NCBI GenBank assembly: GCA_018818885.1
Contig: JAHIRB010000018.1
Coordinates: 5,041 to 69,040 of the forward strand
Reading direction: 5' to 3'
Length of the DNA stretch: 64,000 bases
Source of the DNA: Patescibacteria group bacterium
GTDB lineage: Bacteria > Patescibacteriota > Patescibacteriia > Buchananbacterales > SURF-54
The notes beneath the pieces are model-generated. The model was not told the origin of the DNA and did no database searches. It was given only the letters and a program-made list of their open reading frames with translations. A program made the translations under genes and the position numbers. Below are positions 20,315 to 31,122 of the stretch, one piece after another (within the stretch, counting starts at the first letter, position 1; the number at the start of each line of letters is the position of its first letter).

Positions 20315-20370
20315 CCATTCAGCAGGAAACAAAAGTCGTCTAATAGGCGATTTTTTGATATACTTGTTTT

Positions 20371-20898
20371 ATGAATAATCTAATAGTTTTATGTGGTCCC
20401 GTTGGTTGCGGTAAGACAACTTTTATAAAAGAGTTTTCAATTAAACATCCGACTTTTAGCCATGTTGATATTATTAATTACATCCAAAAATACAAAGACG
20501 AATTCGGCCATATAGAACCAGAAGGATCTCTCAAGGCTCATCAAGAACTTTATCAAGAATTAAAAAGAATGAAAGGAGATTTAATTTTAGAGCTGGGAAC
20601 AAATAGAGAAGAAATAAACCTCAATGGTTTAAATGATTTAAAAACTAAATACAAAATACACATATTTTTTTGTTTGCTAGATGCAGAAATTTGTATTAAG
20701 CGAGTAATGACGCGAGCAGAAAATGATCAGAAACGTATAATCCATAGAGAAGATTTAGAAAAAAAATTCAAAAGAGTGTTTCCGAACAATCATGTAAAAA
20801 TAGCTGAAGAATTAAATCTTTCTTATGTCACCCTGGACATGAGCCTACCGCTTGAAGAAAAAATAAAGATAATTAATGATTGGTTAAAAATGATATGA
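20371..20898 (+). CDS. P-loop kinase / AAA-family ATPase
   Basis: GPVGCGKT Walker A. Confidence 0.75.
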   Translation: MNNLIVLCGPVGCGKTTFIKEFSIKHPTFSHVDIINYIQKYKDEFGHIEPEGSLKAHQELYQELKRMKGDLILELGTNREEINLNGLNDLKTKYKIHIFFCLLDAEICIKRVMTRAENDQKRIIHREDLEKKFKRVFPNNHVKIAEELNLSYVTLDMSLPLEEKIKIINDWLKMI

Positions 20899-21671
20899 GA
20901 AAAAAAGTATTTATCAAAAATAGAAAAGGTCTCAAGATGTCAGTTCTGATTGAAGAATCATCCAATCAGAAGGGTCTTGCTATTATTCAGCATGGTTTAG
21001 GAGGTTTTAAAGAACAAGCTCACATCCAAACTTTTGCCGACGCATTTAGGGAAAGTGGATATACGGTAGTTAGGCTTGATACTACGAATTCTTGTAACGA
21101 AAGCGAAGGCAAACTCGAAGATTCTACACCAACAAAATCATACGAAGATTTAGTTGATTTTTTAGAATGGTCAAAAGAACAAAGTTGGTATCAAGAACCA
21201 TTTGTTTTAGTGGCACATAGTTTGGGAGGTTTGTGTATTTCATTGTATGCTAAAAATTATCCAGAAAAAGTCAAAGCGTTGGCTCCAATTGCAACAGTTG
21301 TTTCAGGAAAATTAAAATTGGTTTCACCTGGTTGGCAAGAATTTTTAAAAGATTGGAAGAGAGATGGCATACGAGAATGGGAGAGTTCAACAAAAAAAGG
21401 TTTGATAAAAAGATTAAAGTGGGAATTTGTAGAAGATTTGCAAAAATATGATCTACTGCAAAGTGCTAACAAGCTAACAATGCCAGTTTTAATGATTGTT
21501 GGTGAAGATGATGAATCAATTCCAGTTGAGCATCAAAAAAAGTTATTTGATAAATTACCTGGCCCAAAAGAATTTCATATCATAAAAGGTGCACCACATA
21601 CTTTTAAAGACAAAAAGCATCTTAAAGAGATAAAAAAGATATTTGTAGATTGGATAAACAAGTTAAAATAA
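20895..21671 (+). CDS. alpha/beta hydrolase
   Basis: HGLGG, AHSLGG nucleophile elbow, D and H (GAPHTF) of triad. Confidence 0.88.
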   Translation: MRKKVFIKNRKGLKMSVLIEESSNQKGLAIIQHGLGGFKEQAHIQTFADAFRESGYTVVRLDTTNSCNESEGKLEDSTPTKSYEDLVDFLEWSKEQSWYQEPFVLVAHSLGGLCISLYAKNYPEKVKALAPIATVVSGKLKLVSPGWQEFLKDWKRDGIREWESSTKKGLIKRLKWEFVEDLQKYDLLQSANKLTMPVLMIVGEDDESIPVEHQKKLFDKLPGPKEFHIIKGAPHTFKDKKHLKEIKKIFVDWINKLK

Positions 21672-21725
21672 ATTAAGTAAAAAAATACCGTTACGACAAC
21701 GGTATTTTTATGTTGATCCTCAAAG

Positions 21726-22136
21726 AGGTCACGGCCTCGTAGAACTCATCATAGATAGATTCTACATCATTTACGAGGCAAGCCCCGAAAAATAAATATT
21801 CGGGTCAAGCGGGATTCTTTACTTTTTCAAAAAGGCCTGGATGGGATTTTCCGCCTGCGGCGGATGCGCCCGCTTCGACTCCGAAGAGAGGCGAGCCTCT
21901 GGCGCAGAACCTTAAACCTAGAACATTCAAAACCAATAAGGCCTGGACGGGATTCGAACCCGTGAATAGAGGTTTTGCAGACCCCCGCCTTAGACCACTT
22001 GGCTACCAGGCCATATTGGTTTTGAATGATTATTATGCGAATAGAGGTTTTGCAGATTTACCCCGCAAAATGAGTCACGTTACGTATAACTGAATTTCTG
22101 CGGGGCTTCCGCCTTAGACCACTTGGCTACGTGACC
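21726..22136 (-). pseudogene. disrupted outer tRNA-Cys(GCA) enclosing the intact tRNA-Cys
   Basis: minus strand: GGTCACGTAGCCAAGTGGTCTAAGGCGGAAG, insert, TCTGCAAAACCTCTATTCGC, inner tRNA, GAATCCCGC, inserts, CGTGACCT. Confidence 0.8.
21939..22012 (-). tRNA. tRNA-Cys(GCA)
   Basis: GGCCTGG/CCAGGCC acceptor, CTGCAAA anticodon loop, GGTTCGAATCC. Confidence 0.95.
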
Positions 22137-22349
22137 TCTCTAGGGACCAATTTTATCTCGCCGAAGTTCCGCGTCAGCGGAACGTAGGCGGAAAATGCAC
22201 TTTTCAAATATAGCAGAATATTAATAATTATTCAATAGTCATAACGGAGGCGACATTGGCCAATGTCGCCTGTTGATTTATATCCTTGATTTTTATCATA
22301 CAATAAAGTAAAATATATTCATACTTTATAATAATTAATTTAAAAAAAT

Positions 22350-22679
22350 ATGATGGAATCAAGAGAAGGAGAATCGCAAGGCAATCTAGAGAATATCCTT
22401 AGCGAAATGGATAGAGCATCAGAAGCAATGAAGGGTTGGACTGACGATACATTTGATGAAAAGCGTAAAGCAGCTATTGAAATTTTAGGAATAGGACGTG
22501 CTTTAGATGAGTCTGGCCCTTTACAGGAACTTCAACAATTGATAGAACAAGGGTCTTTAAGTGATTCTGATCTTGAGAGAGTAAAGGAAAGTATGAAAGG
22601 TGGTTTGTCAACAGCAGATCCTGAGTTTCAGAGAAAGCTACGGGAAATAGGTATCGCAATAAGAGCTCAAGAAAAATAA
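22350..22679 (+). CDS. hypothetical acidic helical protein
   Basis: 109 aa ORF followed by hairpin terminator at about 22691-22716. Confidence 0.6.
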   Translation: MMESREGESQGNLENILSEMDRASEAMKGWTDDTFDEKRKAAIEILGIGRALDESGPLQELQQLIEQGSLSDSDLERVKESMKGGLSTADPEFQRKLREIGIAIRAQEK

Positions 22680-22831
22680 TTTTTACGATAAAATACCTTC
22701 ATTAGAGGGTATTTTATTTTTTATTATACTATTTATTATATTATAGTTTACAACATTCGCAATTTAATCTACCATAAGCCATCCTTGATTTATTTAAGCA
22801 TTTGTAGTAGACTCAAGTAGTATAAAAAAAT

Positions 22832-22977
22832 ATACCCGGTAGTAGAATTTCAAATTAAAAGTATGTTATAAAAATTTTACATCGGTTATATATATTATTG
22901 ATTACTTAATATGTTTAATAACAGATATCGAATATATATGCAAAAAAATAACTATTTGAAATTTCACTACCGGGTAT
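22832..22977. mobile_element. MITE-like element with ATACCCGGTAGT terminal inverted repeats, copy 1
   Basis: ATACCCGGTAGTAGAATTTCAAAT ... ATTTGAAATTTCACTACCGGGTAT; related copy at 42040-42151. Confidence 0.7.
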
Positions 22978-24952
22978 GAATCTATCAGAACTTGCACGAA
23001 AAATAAGAGTACCAATGGCAGAACTTCGCCTTAAGTTACCGGCGATGGGTTTTGATATTGGCGGACGCGCAATTAAGGTTGATAATCGTGTCGCAAGCAA
23101 GATTATGGCTGATTGGAAAAATTTAAATGCAAAATATGAGGCAGATCGTAAAAAAGATGAAGCAGAAGAAGAGGAAGTAGTTGATAAAACTGCAGAAAAA
23201 CAGATTGTCAAAATTCCAGAATTTATTACAGTCAGAGATTTTTCAGCTAGGCTAGGTATTGGAGTAACTAAAGTTTTAGGTGAACTTATGAAAAACGGAG
23301 TTTTAGCTTCTATGAACGAAAATATTGATTTTGATACTGCTGCAATTATCGCTTCTGAACTTAATTTTGAAGTAGAGCAAGATACTACAGATGCCACACA
23401 AGAAAAAGCAGTCGAAGCTTTAGAAGAAAAATTAAAATCACAAAATAAAAAAGATTTGGTTGAGCGAGCACCAGTAGTTGTTGTGATGGGACACGTTGAT
23501 CATGGCAAAACCAAACTTTTAGATGCCATTAGAATGACAAATGTTGTAGATAATGAGCATGGGGGCATTACCCAACATATTGGAGCGTATCAAGTAGAAA
23601 AAAATAATAGAAAAATTACTTTTATCGATACTCCTGGCCACGAAGCGTTTACTACCATGAGATCACGTGGTGCTAGAGTAGCAGATATTGCAATTTTGGT
23701 TATTGCAGCAGATGATGGTTTTAAACCTCAAACCGAAGAATCACTCAAAATCATAAAATCAGCAGGTATACCTATGGTTGTGGCCATAAATAAGATTGAT
23801 AAACCAGATGCTAATCCAGATATGGTTAAAAAACAACTAGCAGATCATAACTTAACTTCCGAAGAATGGGGAGGAAAGCAAGTTACCGCAGAAATTTCTG
23901 CAAAGAAAAATATTGGTATAGATAGTCTGTTAGATATTGTACTTTTAGTTGCTGATTTAGAAAAAGATAGTCTTAAAGCAAATCCAACAGGGCTAGCAAT
24001 AGGTACAATTATTGAATCTCATGTTGATAAGGGAGAAGGTCCTGTATCAACTGCATTAATTCAAAGTGGCACTCTTAACGCTGGAGATGGTGTATCTGTT
24101 GCAGGAAATTACTATGGTAAGGTTAGGTTACTAAAAAATTATAAAGGCGAAAGTTTAAAAAGCGCAGGGCCATCAGTGCCAGTAAGAATAGTTGGCTTAA
24201 AAGCCTCACCAAGTATCGGAGATATACTACAAGCAGGAGATGTTCAAAAAGCTAAGGTTTCAAAATATCAATTAGATAAACAGGCCACTGGTTTTTCTGC
24301 TGCACACGTAGCAGTTGATGAAGATAATGAAAGTGGTGTCAGCACTTTAAACTTAATAGTCAAAGCAGATGTTTTAGGTTCTTTAGAAGCAATCTTAACA
24401 TCTTTGGAAGCATTAAATCATAAGGAAGTAAAAGCAAAGATCATATCAAAGGGTTTGGGTAATATTACTTCTGCAGACATCGAACAAGCCTCTGCAGGTA
24501 AAGCAGCAATATTTGGTTTTCATGTTATTGCAGATACAGATACTATGAGTTTAGCATCAGAAAAAAAAGTAGAAGTTCAACTCTATGGAGTTATTTATCA
24601 TTTAATTGATGAGGCAAAAAAAAGATTGCAGGCTATGCTTTCACCAGATGTTGTGCAGACTGATCTAGGTCGCTTAAAAGTACTAGCAATCTTTAAAAAG
24701 GAAAAAAATGCTATGATTTTAGGTGGAACAGTCACTAAAGGTAAGATTACCAAGAGTTGTAAAGCTAATGTACTAAGAGACGACGTTAAAATTGGAACTG
24801 GAGACATCACGCAAGTTCAACAAGGGAAAGTTGATGTCAATGAATGCAAGCAGGGCAATGAGTGTGGATTAAGATTTGAAGGAAAACCAATCTTAGCTGA
24901 AGGTGATTTTATTGAATGTTTTTTAGAGGAAGTTAAAGAAAAGATATTGTAG
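22976..24952 (+). CDS. infB: translation initiation factor IF-2
   Basis: [31 protein letters not shown]. Confidence 0.98.
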   Translation: MNLSELARKIRVPMAELRLKLPAMGFDIGGRAIKVDNRVASKIMADWKNLNAKYEADRKKDEAEEEEVVDKTAEKQIVKIPEFITVRDFSARLGIGVTKVLGELMKNGVLASMNENIDFDTAAIIASELNFEVEQDTTDATQEKAVEALEEKLKSQNKKDLVERAPVVVVMGHVDHGKTKLLDAIRMTNVVDNEHGGITQHIGAYQVEKNNRKITFIDTPGHEAFTTMRSRGARVADIAILVIAADDGFKPQTEESLKIIKSAGIPMVVAINKIDKPDANPDMVKKQLADHNLTSEEWGGKQVTAEISAKKNIGIDSLLDIVLLVADLEKDSLKANPTGLAIGTIIESHVDKGEGPVSTALIQSGTLNAGDGVSVAGNYYGKVRLLKNYKGESLKSAGPSVPVRIVGLKASPSIGDILQAGDVQKAKVSKYQLDKQATGFSAAHVAVDEDNESGVSTLNLIVKADVLGSLEAILTSLEALNHKEVKAKIISKGLGNITSADIEQASAGKAAIFGFHVIADTDTMSLASEKKVEVQLYGVIYHLIDEAKKRLQAMLSPDVVQTDLGRLKVLAIFKKEKNAMILGGTVTKGKITKSCKANVLRDDVKIGTGDITQVQQGKVDVNECKQGNECGLRFEGKPILAEGDFIECFLEEVKEKIL

Positions 24953-24970
24953 TGTATAAATTTGTAATAT

Positions 24971-25312
24971 ATGTCTGAGCGTATTCTTCGCATAAACGAA
25001 CTTATTCGTCAACATGTTAACGAATTATTGTTAACAGAAGTTGATTTTCCTAAAGGCTGTTTAGCAACTATAGTACAAGTAGAAACATCTAAAGATCTTC
25101 GTCACAGTAAAATTTATATCAGTGTACTGCCAGTAAAATATACTTCAAAAGTTATTAATAAATTAAAACATAATATAGGAAAAATTCAGCATCAACTCAA
25201 GAAAAGACTAAGTCTAAAACCTCTACCACGCATATCATTTGCCATAGATAGAACCGAAAAAGAAGCAAATGATATTGAATTGCTCCTTGACAGCATCAAG
25301 AAATCAAGCTAA
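24971..25312 (+). CDS. rbfA: ribosome-binding factor A
   Basis: R..RINELIR, VETSKDLRHSKIYIS; follows infB. Confidence 0.9.
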   Translation: MSERILRINELIRQHVNELLLTEVDFPKGCLATIVQVETSKDLRHSKIYISVLPVKYTSKVINKLKHNIGKIQHQLKKRLSLKPLPRISFAIDRTEKEANDIELLLDSIKKSS

Positions 25313-25323
25313 TATAGTTAGCT

Positions 25324-26301
25324 ATGATTACAACGCAATTAGCCGAGAAAATACACAGTCAAATCAATAACAGCACAAAGATTATGCTAGTAGCCCATCA
25401 AAACGCTGATGGGGATGCTTTAGGCGCACTGTGTGCTATGTATGTATATTTGAAGGATTTAGAAAAGCAAGTTTTTATCTACTCACCAGAAGCTGTAATA
25501 AACAAATATCAGTTTTTACCATACATCGAACATGTCAACTCAGATATAGAAGCAGCTAAAGCTTTTGATCCAGATTTGATTATTGTTTTAGATACTGGCG
25601 ACTTAAGACACGCAGGGCTTGCTGATCATTTAGAAGATTTTTCTAAACCAAAAATAATCAACATTGATCACCACCCCACCAATGAAAATTATGGGCACAT
25701 CAATTTAGTTAGAACTCAAGCAGTTTCTACAAGCGAGATCATCCTGCAATTTTTCAAAATAATAAAATTTCAAATTACAAAAGAGGTAGCTACTTGTCTT
25801 TTAACAGGAATTATATTTGATAGCAACAATTTTACTAATCCAAACACAACTTTATCATCTTTACAAGCAACTGCTGAATTACTAAAACTTGGCGCGCGAA
25901 TGCCACAAGTAAACGACAATTTTATCAGAAATAAAAGCTTAGAAACTCTACAACTTTGGGGTGATGTACTTTCAAGATTAAAATACGACGAAGAATACGG
26001 TACCGCAACTACAGTAGTTACAAAAAAAGATTTAAAAAAATATAACCTGGAACCCGAAGCTTACGATGGCATATCTAATTTTTTAAATAATTTGGGCGGT
26101 GTCAAGGCATCTATTTTATTAAAAGAAGAAGAAGGTGGTATAATTAGAGGTAGTATGAGAACGAATTCTGATAATGTTGATTTATCGGAATTAGCGAAAA
26201 CACTCGGTGCTGGCGGAAAAGGTGGTGGGCATAGGAAGGCCGCGGGGTTTACAGTCAAGGGGAAGTTGCGCGAGACAGACACGGGATGGGAAGTTGTGTG
26301 A
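25324..26301 (+). CDS. nrnA: DHH/DHHA1 phosphoesterase (NrnA-like)
   Basis: HQNADGDALG, NIDHH, GGGHRKAAG. Confidence 0.9.
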   Translation: MITTQLAEKIHSQINNSTKIMLVAHQNADGDALGALCAMYVYLKDLEKQVFIYSPEAVINKYQFLPYIEHVNSDIEAAKAFDPDLIIVLDTGDLRHAGLADHLEDFSKPKIINIDHHPTNENYGHINLVRTQAVSTSEIILQFFKIIKFQITKEVATCLLTGIIFDSNNFTNPNTTLSSLQATAELLKLGARMPQVNDNFIRNKSLETLQLWGDVLSRLKYDEEYGTATTVVTKKDLKKYNLEPEAYDGISNFLNNLGGVKASILLKEEEGGIIRGSMRTNSDNVDLSELAKTLGAGGKGGGHRKAAGFTVKGKLRETDTGWEVV

Positions 26302-26410
26302 ATTAGCGATAGGGCGATAAAGCGATAAAGCGATAAAGTTAATTGGAGATGAAAAATTTTGAAAACTCCATCGCTCCATCGCTTTATAACTCTATTAACT
26401 CAACAAAACT

Positions 26411-26986
26411 ATGCAACTTATACCAACAGTTATCGAAAAATCACACATGGGCGAACGCGCCTACGACATCTACTCTCGTTTGCTAAAAGAGCGAATCATT
26501 TTTTTAGGTTCACCAATAGATGATGTGGTAGCAAACACTGTTATTGCTCAACTTTTATTTTTAGAATCAGAAGATTCAAAAAAAGATATCAAAATTTATG
26601 TTAACTCCCCTGGTGGTTCGGTAACAGCAGGTTTGGCAATTTATGATACCATGCAATATGTAAAACCAGATGTTATGACAATTTGTGTTGGTTTGGCAGC
26701 AAGCATGGGAGCAGTACTTTTATCTTCAGGAAAAAAAGGAAAAAGAATAGCATTGCCTAATTCAGAAATTATGCTTCATCAAGTAATGGGTGGTGCAGAA
26801 GGCCAAGCAGCAGATATTAAAGTACGTGCAGAACATATCTTAAAAATACACGCTAGACTTAATCAAATACTGGCAAAACATACTGAACAGCCATTAGCAA
26901 AAATTGAAAAAGATACAGATAGAGATTTCTTTATGTCTGCAGAAGAAGCCAAGAAATATGGCTTAGTAGATAAGATTATCAAGTAG
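26411..26986 (+). CDS. clpP: ATP-dependent Clp protease proteolytic subunit
   Basis: [32 protein letters not shown]. Confidence 0.98.
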   Translation: MQLIPTVIEKSHMGERAYDIYSRLLKERIIFLGSPIDDVVANTVIAQLLFLESEDSKKDIKIYVNSPGGSVTAGLAIYDTMQYVKPDVMTICVGLAASMGAVLLSSGKKGKRIALPNSEIMLHQVMGGAEGQAADIKVRAEHILKIHARLNQILAKHTEQPLAKIEKDTDRDFFMSAEEAKKYGLVDKIIK

Positions 26987-27009
26987 AGTACTGAGAATTG
27001 GCACTAATA

Positions 27010-27145
27010 ATAACCAATAATCAAGAACCAATAAACAAACAATGTCCAATGATCAATTTTCAATATTCAAATGCTTAGCTGTTTGTAAATTGATTATTGG
27101 GATTTAAAATTTGTTTGGAAATTGGAATTTGAAATTTGGAGCTTA
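27010..27145. repeat. inverted array of short CCAAT/TCAA-type units
   Basis: A-rich tandem units followed by complementary T-rich units (ATTGG, TTGGAA). Confidence 0.55.
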
Positions 27146-27260
27146 ATTAATCATAGCTAAATTTAGTTAAATAAGCTATATTAATCAACTTTTATCCCCA
27201 CAGGGTCTTGACGTATTTTAATGGGTATGATAAATTATGTTTAACCTTACAATTTCATAG

Positions 27261-27401
27261 GTTATTTAGAGAGCTACATGCTATCCAGCCTCTCTCGAGA
27301 AGCTGGATTAAAGGGAAATGGCCCGAAGGTAGCCAGCAACTCTCTTCGATATTATATCGGGGGCAAGAGTGCTAATTCCACCCATAAAAGGGAAAGATAA
27401 C
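27261..27401 (+). ncRNA. SAM-I (S-box) riboswitch with an extra hairpin in P2
   Basis: GTTATTTAGAG..GCTAC..AGGGAAATGGCCCGAAGGTAGCCAGCAAC..AGTGCTAATTCC..GAAAGATAAC matches SAM-I core; terminators follow. Confidence 0.8.
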
Positions 27402-27563
27402 GTTGTATGTCGTGCCAAATACGATGTAGACAAAAAACTCTTAAAAATCTTTCTGTTTTGAGAGTTTTTTGTTTGCATCCACGATGTGAACTGCCTTCCT
27501 TTTGGAAAGGCTTTTTAATTGGGGACAAATGAACATCCACATAGATGGAAGGAGGAATCGAAA

Positions 27564-27839
27564 ATGGCAAATGCATGGAGGGAAGCACAACAGGCGCTTG
27601 AAACAGAACTCAAGAAAGCTCAAAAAAAGGGCATAGCACGAGGAAAGACCATCCGTGATTTTGTGATCATGGTTGATGGTGACCAGCTCTGCCTGGGCGT
27701 GCTTACCGGTAAATTGCTCAACAATGAGAGAGAAGTAAAGAGGTACCCTGACATTGAAGGGATTAAGAATGAAGTCAGTTCAGAGTCTTACCCTACAGAT
27801 GGGGTACGGTTTATGTCCATGGCTGGTTACGACGTTTAA
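27564..27839 (+). CDS. orphan hypothetical protein downstream of SAM riboswitch
   Basis: AAGGAGG SD before ATG 27564; terminator at about 27857-27896. Confidence 0.65.
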   Translation: MANAWREAQQALETELKKAQKKGIARGKTIRDFVIMVDGDQLCLGVLTGKLLNNEREVKRYPDIEGIKNEVSSESYPTDGVRFMSMAGYDV

Positions 27840-28158
27840 CGAGCAATGACGTCTGGCGGGGAGTTAGTCTTTTTAAGACTCCCCACCTTTTTTTTACTAG
27901 CTCTGTTGTTCGTAAAGACAAAGCTTGACATCAATAAAACATTGTGATATGATGCAATAAGCTTAATAAAAATTAAACTAGGAAATATTGAGAAAATAAG
28001 CGAATAGCTAGATTTCACTAGAAATTGTATAGCAATTACTTAAAAAATTTAATTCCGTTGCATATAAAACGCAAAAAATTAGAAAAACTCAGCAGACAAC
28101 AAAGAAAACATATAGTTTTTTAATTTCGCTACTTCTCTTTTCCTTTTGAGGAAAAAAC

Positions 28159-29688
28159 ATGGATACAATTAATGTTTGGCCTTTCGCGCTAGCGGTGGGC
28201 ATTATAACCGGTTTGATCACTGGTTTTTATTTACGTAAAGTAATTGTAGTAAAAAGAAAAGATTCAATTGAGCGCAAAATTCAAAACATGATTCAAGAAG
28301 CCAAGGCTAAGCAAAAAGAAATTTTGCTTGAGGCTAACGACAAGGCTTTAAAGTTTATAGAAGATGCTAAAGGAGAAATTCGTGCCAGGCAGCAAGATTT
28401 ACAAAGTTCACAAAGAAGATTCGAACAAAGAGAAGGTCTATTTGACCAAAAACTTATTGAGCTTGAATCTAAAAAGCAAGAACTTTTAGATAAAGCAGAA
28501 AAAATAGAGGACATCAAAAAACAAGTAATAAAAATTAAAGAAGAGCAAACTACTAAATTAGAAAAAATTGCAGCTTTAAGCAAAGCAGAAGCTAAGGAAC
28601 TTTTACTTGAAAATGTTGAAAAAGAATCAAAAGAAGATATTTTGCAGCGTATTAAGAAATTAACCCAACAAGGTTCCGAAGAACTTGAACGTAAAGCCAA
28701 AGAAATGCTTTCTACGGTAATTGAGCGTGTTGCTATTTCTCATGCAACAGAAAGTACAGCTACTGTAGTTGATCTACCATCAGACGAAATGAAGGGACGT
28801 ATCATTGGACGTGAAGGAAGAAACATCAAATCATTCGAACAACAAACAGGAGTTGAAATTATCGTAGACGATACCCCCCAAGCCATTACAATTTCTGGCT
28901 TTTCTCCAATTAGACGTCATGTAGCAAAAAAAGCATTAGAGAAATTAATACAAGATGGAAGAATTCACCCAGCAAGAATAGAAGAAACAATAGCAGAAGC
29001 TAAACAAGAAATTGCACTGGCAATCAAAAAAGCAGGTGAAGACGCACTCTACGATGTTGGTGTTACTGGTATTGATCCTAAATTAGTCCAAATTTTAGGT
29101 CGCTTGATGTATCGTACAAGTTACGGACAAAATATCTTGCAGCATTCAATTGAAATTGCGCACCTTTCAACTTTACTGGCAGAACTACTTGGAGCAGATG
29201 TTACATTAGCAAAAAAGGGCGGGCTTTTTCATGACATTGGTAAAGCTGTAGATCACGAAGTTCAAGGCGGTCACCCAGAAATTGGCTATGATATTTTAAA
29301 GAAATTTGATATGCCAGAAGAAGTAGCCTATTGCGCCAAAGGACATCACGAAGATCATCCAAAAACTCTAGAAGCAGTTATAGTTAAGGTAGCAGATGCA
29401 ATTTCTGGTGCACGTCCAGGAGCACGAAAAGATACTTACGAAAACTATTTGCAGCGTTTGGAAGAACTAGAAAAAGTTGCAACTTCGTTTGATGGTGTAG
29501 AAAAATCATATGCTATTCAAGCAGGGCGTGAAATTAGAGTATTTGTAGTGCCAGAGGAAATTGATGATTTAGAAGCAGTAAAGTTAGCACAAAACATTGC
29601 TAAAAAAATTGAAGCAGAATTAAAATATCCAGGTGAAATAAAAGTTAATGTAATACGCGAAAAACGTATCGTGGAGTACGCGAGGTAA
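28159..29688 (+). CDS. rny: ribonuclease Y
   Basis: N-terminal TM, coiled coil, KH (KGRIIGREGRNI), HD (FHDIGK) domains. Confidence 0.97.
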   Translation: MDTINVWPFALAVGIITGLITGFYLRKVIVVKRKDSIERKIQNMIQEAKAKQKEILLEANDKALKFIEDAKGEIRARQQDLQSSQRRFEQREGLFDQKLIELESKKQELLDKAEKIEDIKKQVIKIKEEQTTKLEKIAALSKAEAKELLLENVEKESKEDILQRIKKLTQQGSEELERKAKEMLSTVIERVAISHATESTATVVDLPSDEMKGRIIGREGRNIKSFEQQTGVEIIVDDTPQAITISGFSPIRRHVAKKALEKLIQDGRIHPARIEETIAEAKQEIALAIKKAGEDALYDVGVTGIDPKLVQILGRLMYRTSYGQNILQHSIEIAHLSTLLAELLGADVTLAKKGGLFHDIGKAVDHEVQGGHPEIGYDILKKFDMPEEVAYCAKGHHEDHPKTLEAVIVKVADAISGARPGARKDTYENYLQRLEELEKVATSFDGVEKSYAIQAGREIRVFVVPEEIDDLEAVKLAQNIAKKIEAELKYPGEIKVNVIREKRIVEYAR

Positions 29689-29792
29689 ATTACGAATTAC
29701 CAATCAATACGAATATACGAATAGATAATACGTAATTTGTATATTAGTTTAAATTCGTAATTGGTATTAAGAATTATGTAATTAATTAAAAT

Positions 29793-30590
29793 ATGAGAAT
29801 TTTATTCTTTGGTGATGTGGTAGGAAAAATTGGTAGGCGTGGGATGAAAGAAGTTGCGTCACAACTAAAAGAAGAATTAAAAGCAGATTTTGTAATTGCG
29901 AATGTAGAAAACTTAGCGCATGGTACGGGAGTTACAAAAAAGACATTAAAGCAACTAGAAGATGCTGGAGTAGATTTTTTTACCTCTGGAAATCACATTT
30001 GGAAAAAAGAAGAAGCAAAAGAAATACTGGTAGAACAAAAAGTAAAATTAATTAGGCCGGATAATTATATCGAAAAACTTCCAGGAACAGGTGCAACAAT
30101 TATTGAAATAAAAAAGAAAAAAGTGTTAATGGTCAATTTAGTAGGACAGGCGTTTATGCACGAGGAGTTTAACAGTCCGTTTGTTGCAATAGATAATATC
30201 TTAGAAAAATATCAAAAAGACAAACCAGACATTATCATTATAGACTTTCATGCAGAAGCAACTTCGGAAAAAAATGCTTTAGGTTGGCATGTAGATGGTA
30301 GAGTATCAGCAATTGTTGGCACTCACACCCATGTTCCCACAGCAGATGCTAAGATATTAACTAATGGCACAGGATATATAACTGATGTAGGTATGGTTGG
30401 AGCAAAAAATTCAATCATAGGTGGCAACAAAGATGAAATTTTAGAGAGTTTTTTAAGCGGGGATCCGTTTAGCCATAACATCGCAGAAACCGGTGTGTGC
30501 CAAGTCAACGCTGTGCTTATAACAATAGATGCCAAGACATCAAAAACTAAAAAGATTGAAAGAGTAGACAGAGAAGTAGAAATTTGCTAA
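29793..30590 (+). CDS. ymdB: YmdB-like metallophosphoesterase (TIGR00282)
   Basis: GDVVG, TSGNH, DFHAEATSEK, GTHTHVPTAD; follows rny. Confidence 0.93.
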   Translation: MRILFFGDVVGKIGRRGMKEVASQLKEELKADFVIANVENLAHGTGVTKKTLKQLEDAGVDFFTSGNHIWKKEEAKEILVEQKVKLIRPDNYIEKLPGTGATIIEIKKKKVLMVNLVGQAFMHEEFNSPFVAIDNILEKYQKDKPDIIIIDFHAEATSEKNALGWHVDGRVSAIVGTHTHVPTADAKILTNGTGYITDVGMVGAKNSIIGGNKDEILESFLSGDPFSHNIAETGVCQVNAVLITIDAKTSKTKKIERVDREVEIC

Positions 30591-30643
30591 AATTACACTA
30601 TCTTAAATTAATCATAAAAACCCTTTGAAGGGAGGTGGTAAAC

Positions 30644-30985
30644 ATGAACAAAGACGAGTTAAGCAATTCTTTAGCTGATAAAATTGGTATAACCAAAAAA
30701 CAGGCTTTAGATGCTCTAGATTACTTAACTGAAACAATTACAAGCACCATTAAAGATGGTGGCGATGTTACCTTGACTGGCTTTGGTACTTTTTCAGCAC
30801 GCCAAAGAAAGGGTCGTATTGGAGTAAATCCTCGTAATATTTCAGAAAAAATTGAAATTCCGTCAGTTTTAGTAGCAAAATTCAAAGCTGGAAAAAATTT
30901 AAAGGAAGCTTTGAAATCAAGTGGTTCTAGTAGTTCAGAAAGCGTATCCGAAAGTACCGAAGAGGCTTCCCCAACAGAAGAGTAA
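30644..30985 (+). CDS. hup: HU family DNA-binding protein with Ser/Glu tail
   Basis: MNKDEL, GFGTF, GVNP, FKAGKNLKE. Confidence 0.95.
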   Translation: MNKDELSNSLADKIGITKKQALDALDYLTETITSTIKDGGDVTLTGFGTFSARQRKGRIGVNPRNISEKIEIPSVLVAKFKAGKNLKEALKSSGSSSSESVSESTEEASPTEE

Positions 30986-31122
30986 TCACATTGATATACA
31001 TCCCTTGGACCTTGGGATAAACAAAAACCCCATACATCTTAAAGAGGGGTTTTTGTATTGGTTGAAATTAAATTAATATTTTGTTACAGTAGTAAAGTAG
31101 TTATATAAATAAAACATAATTT

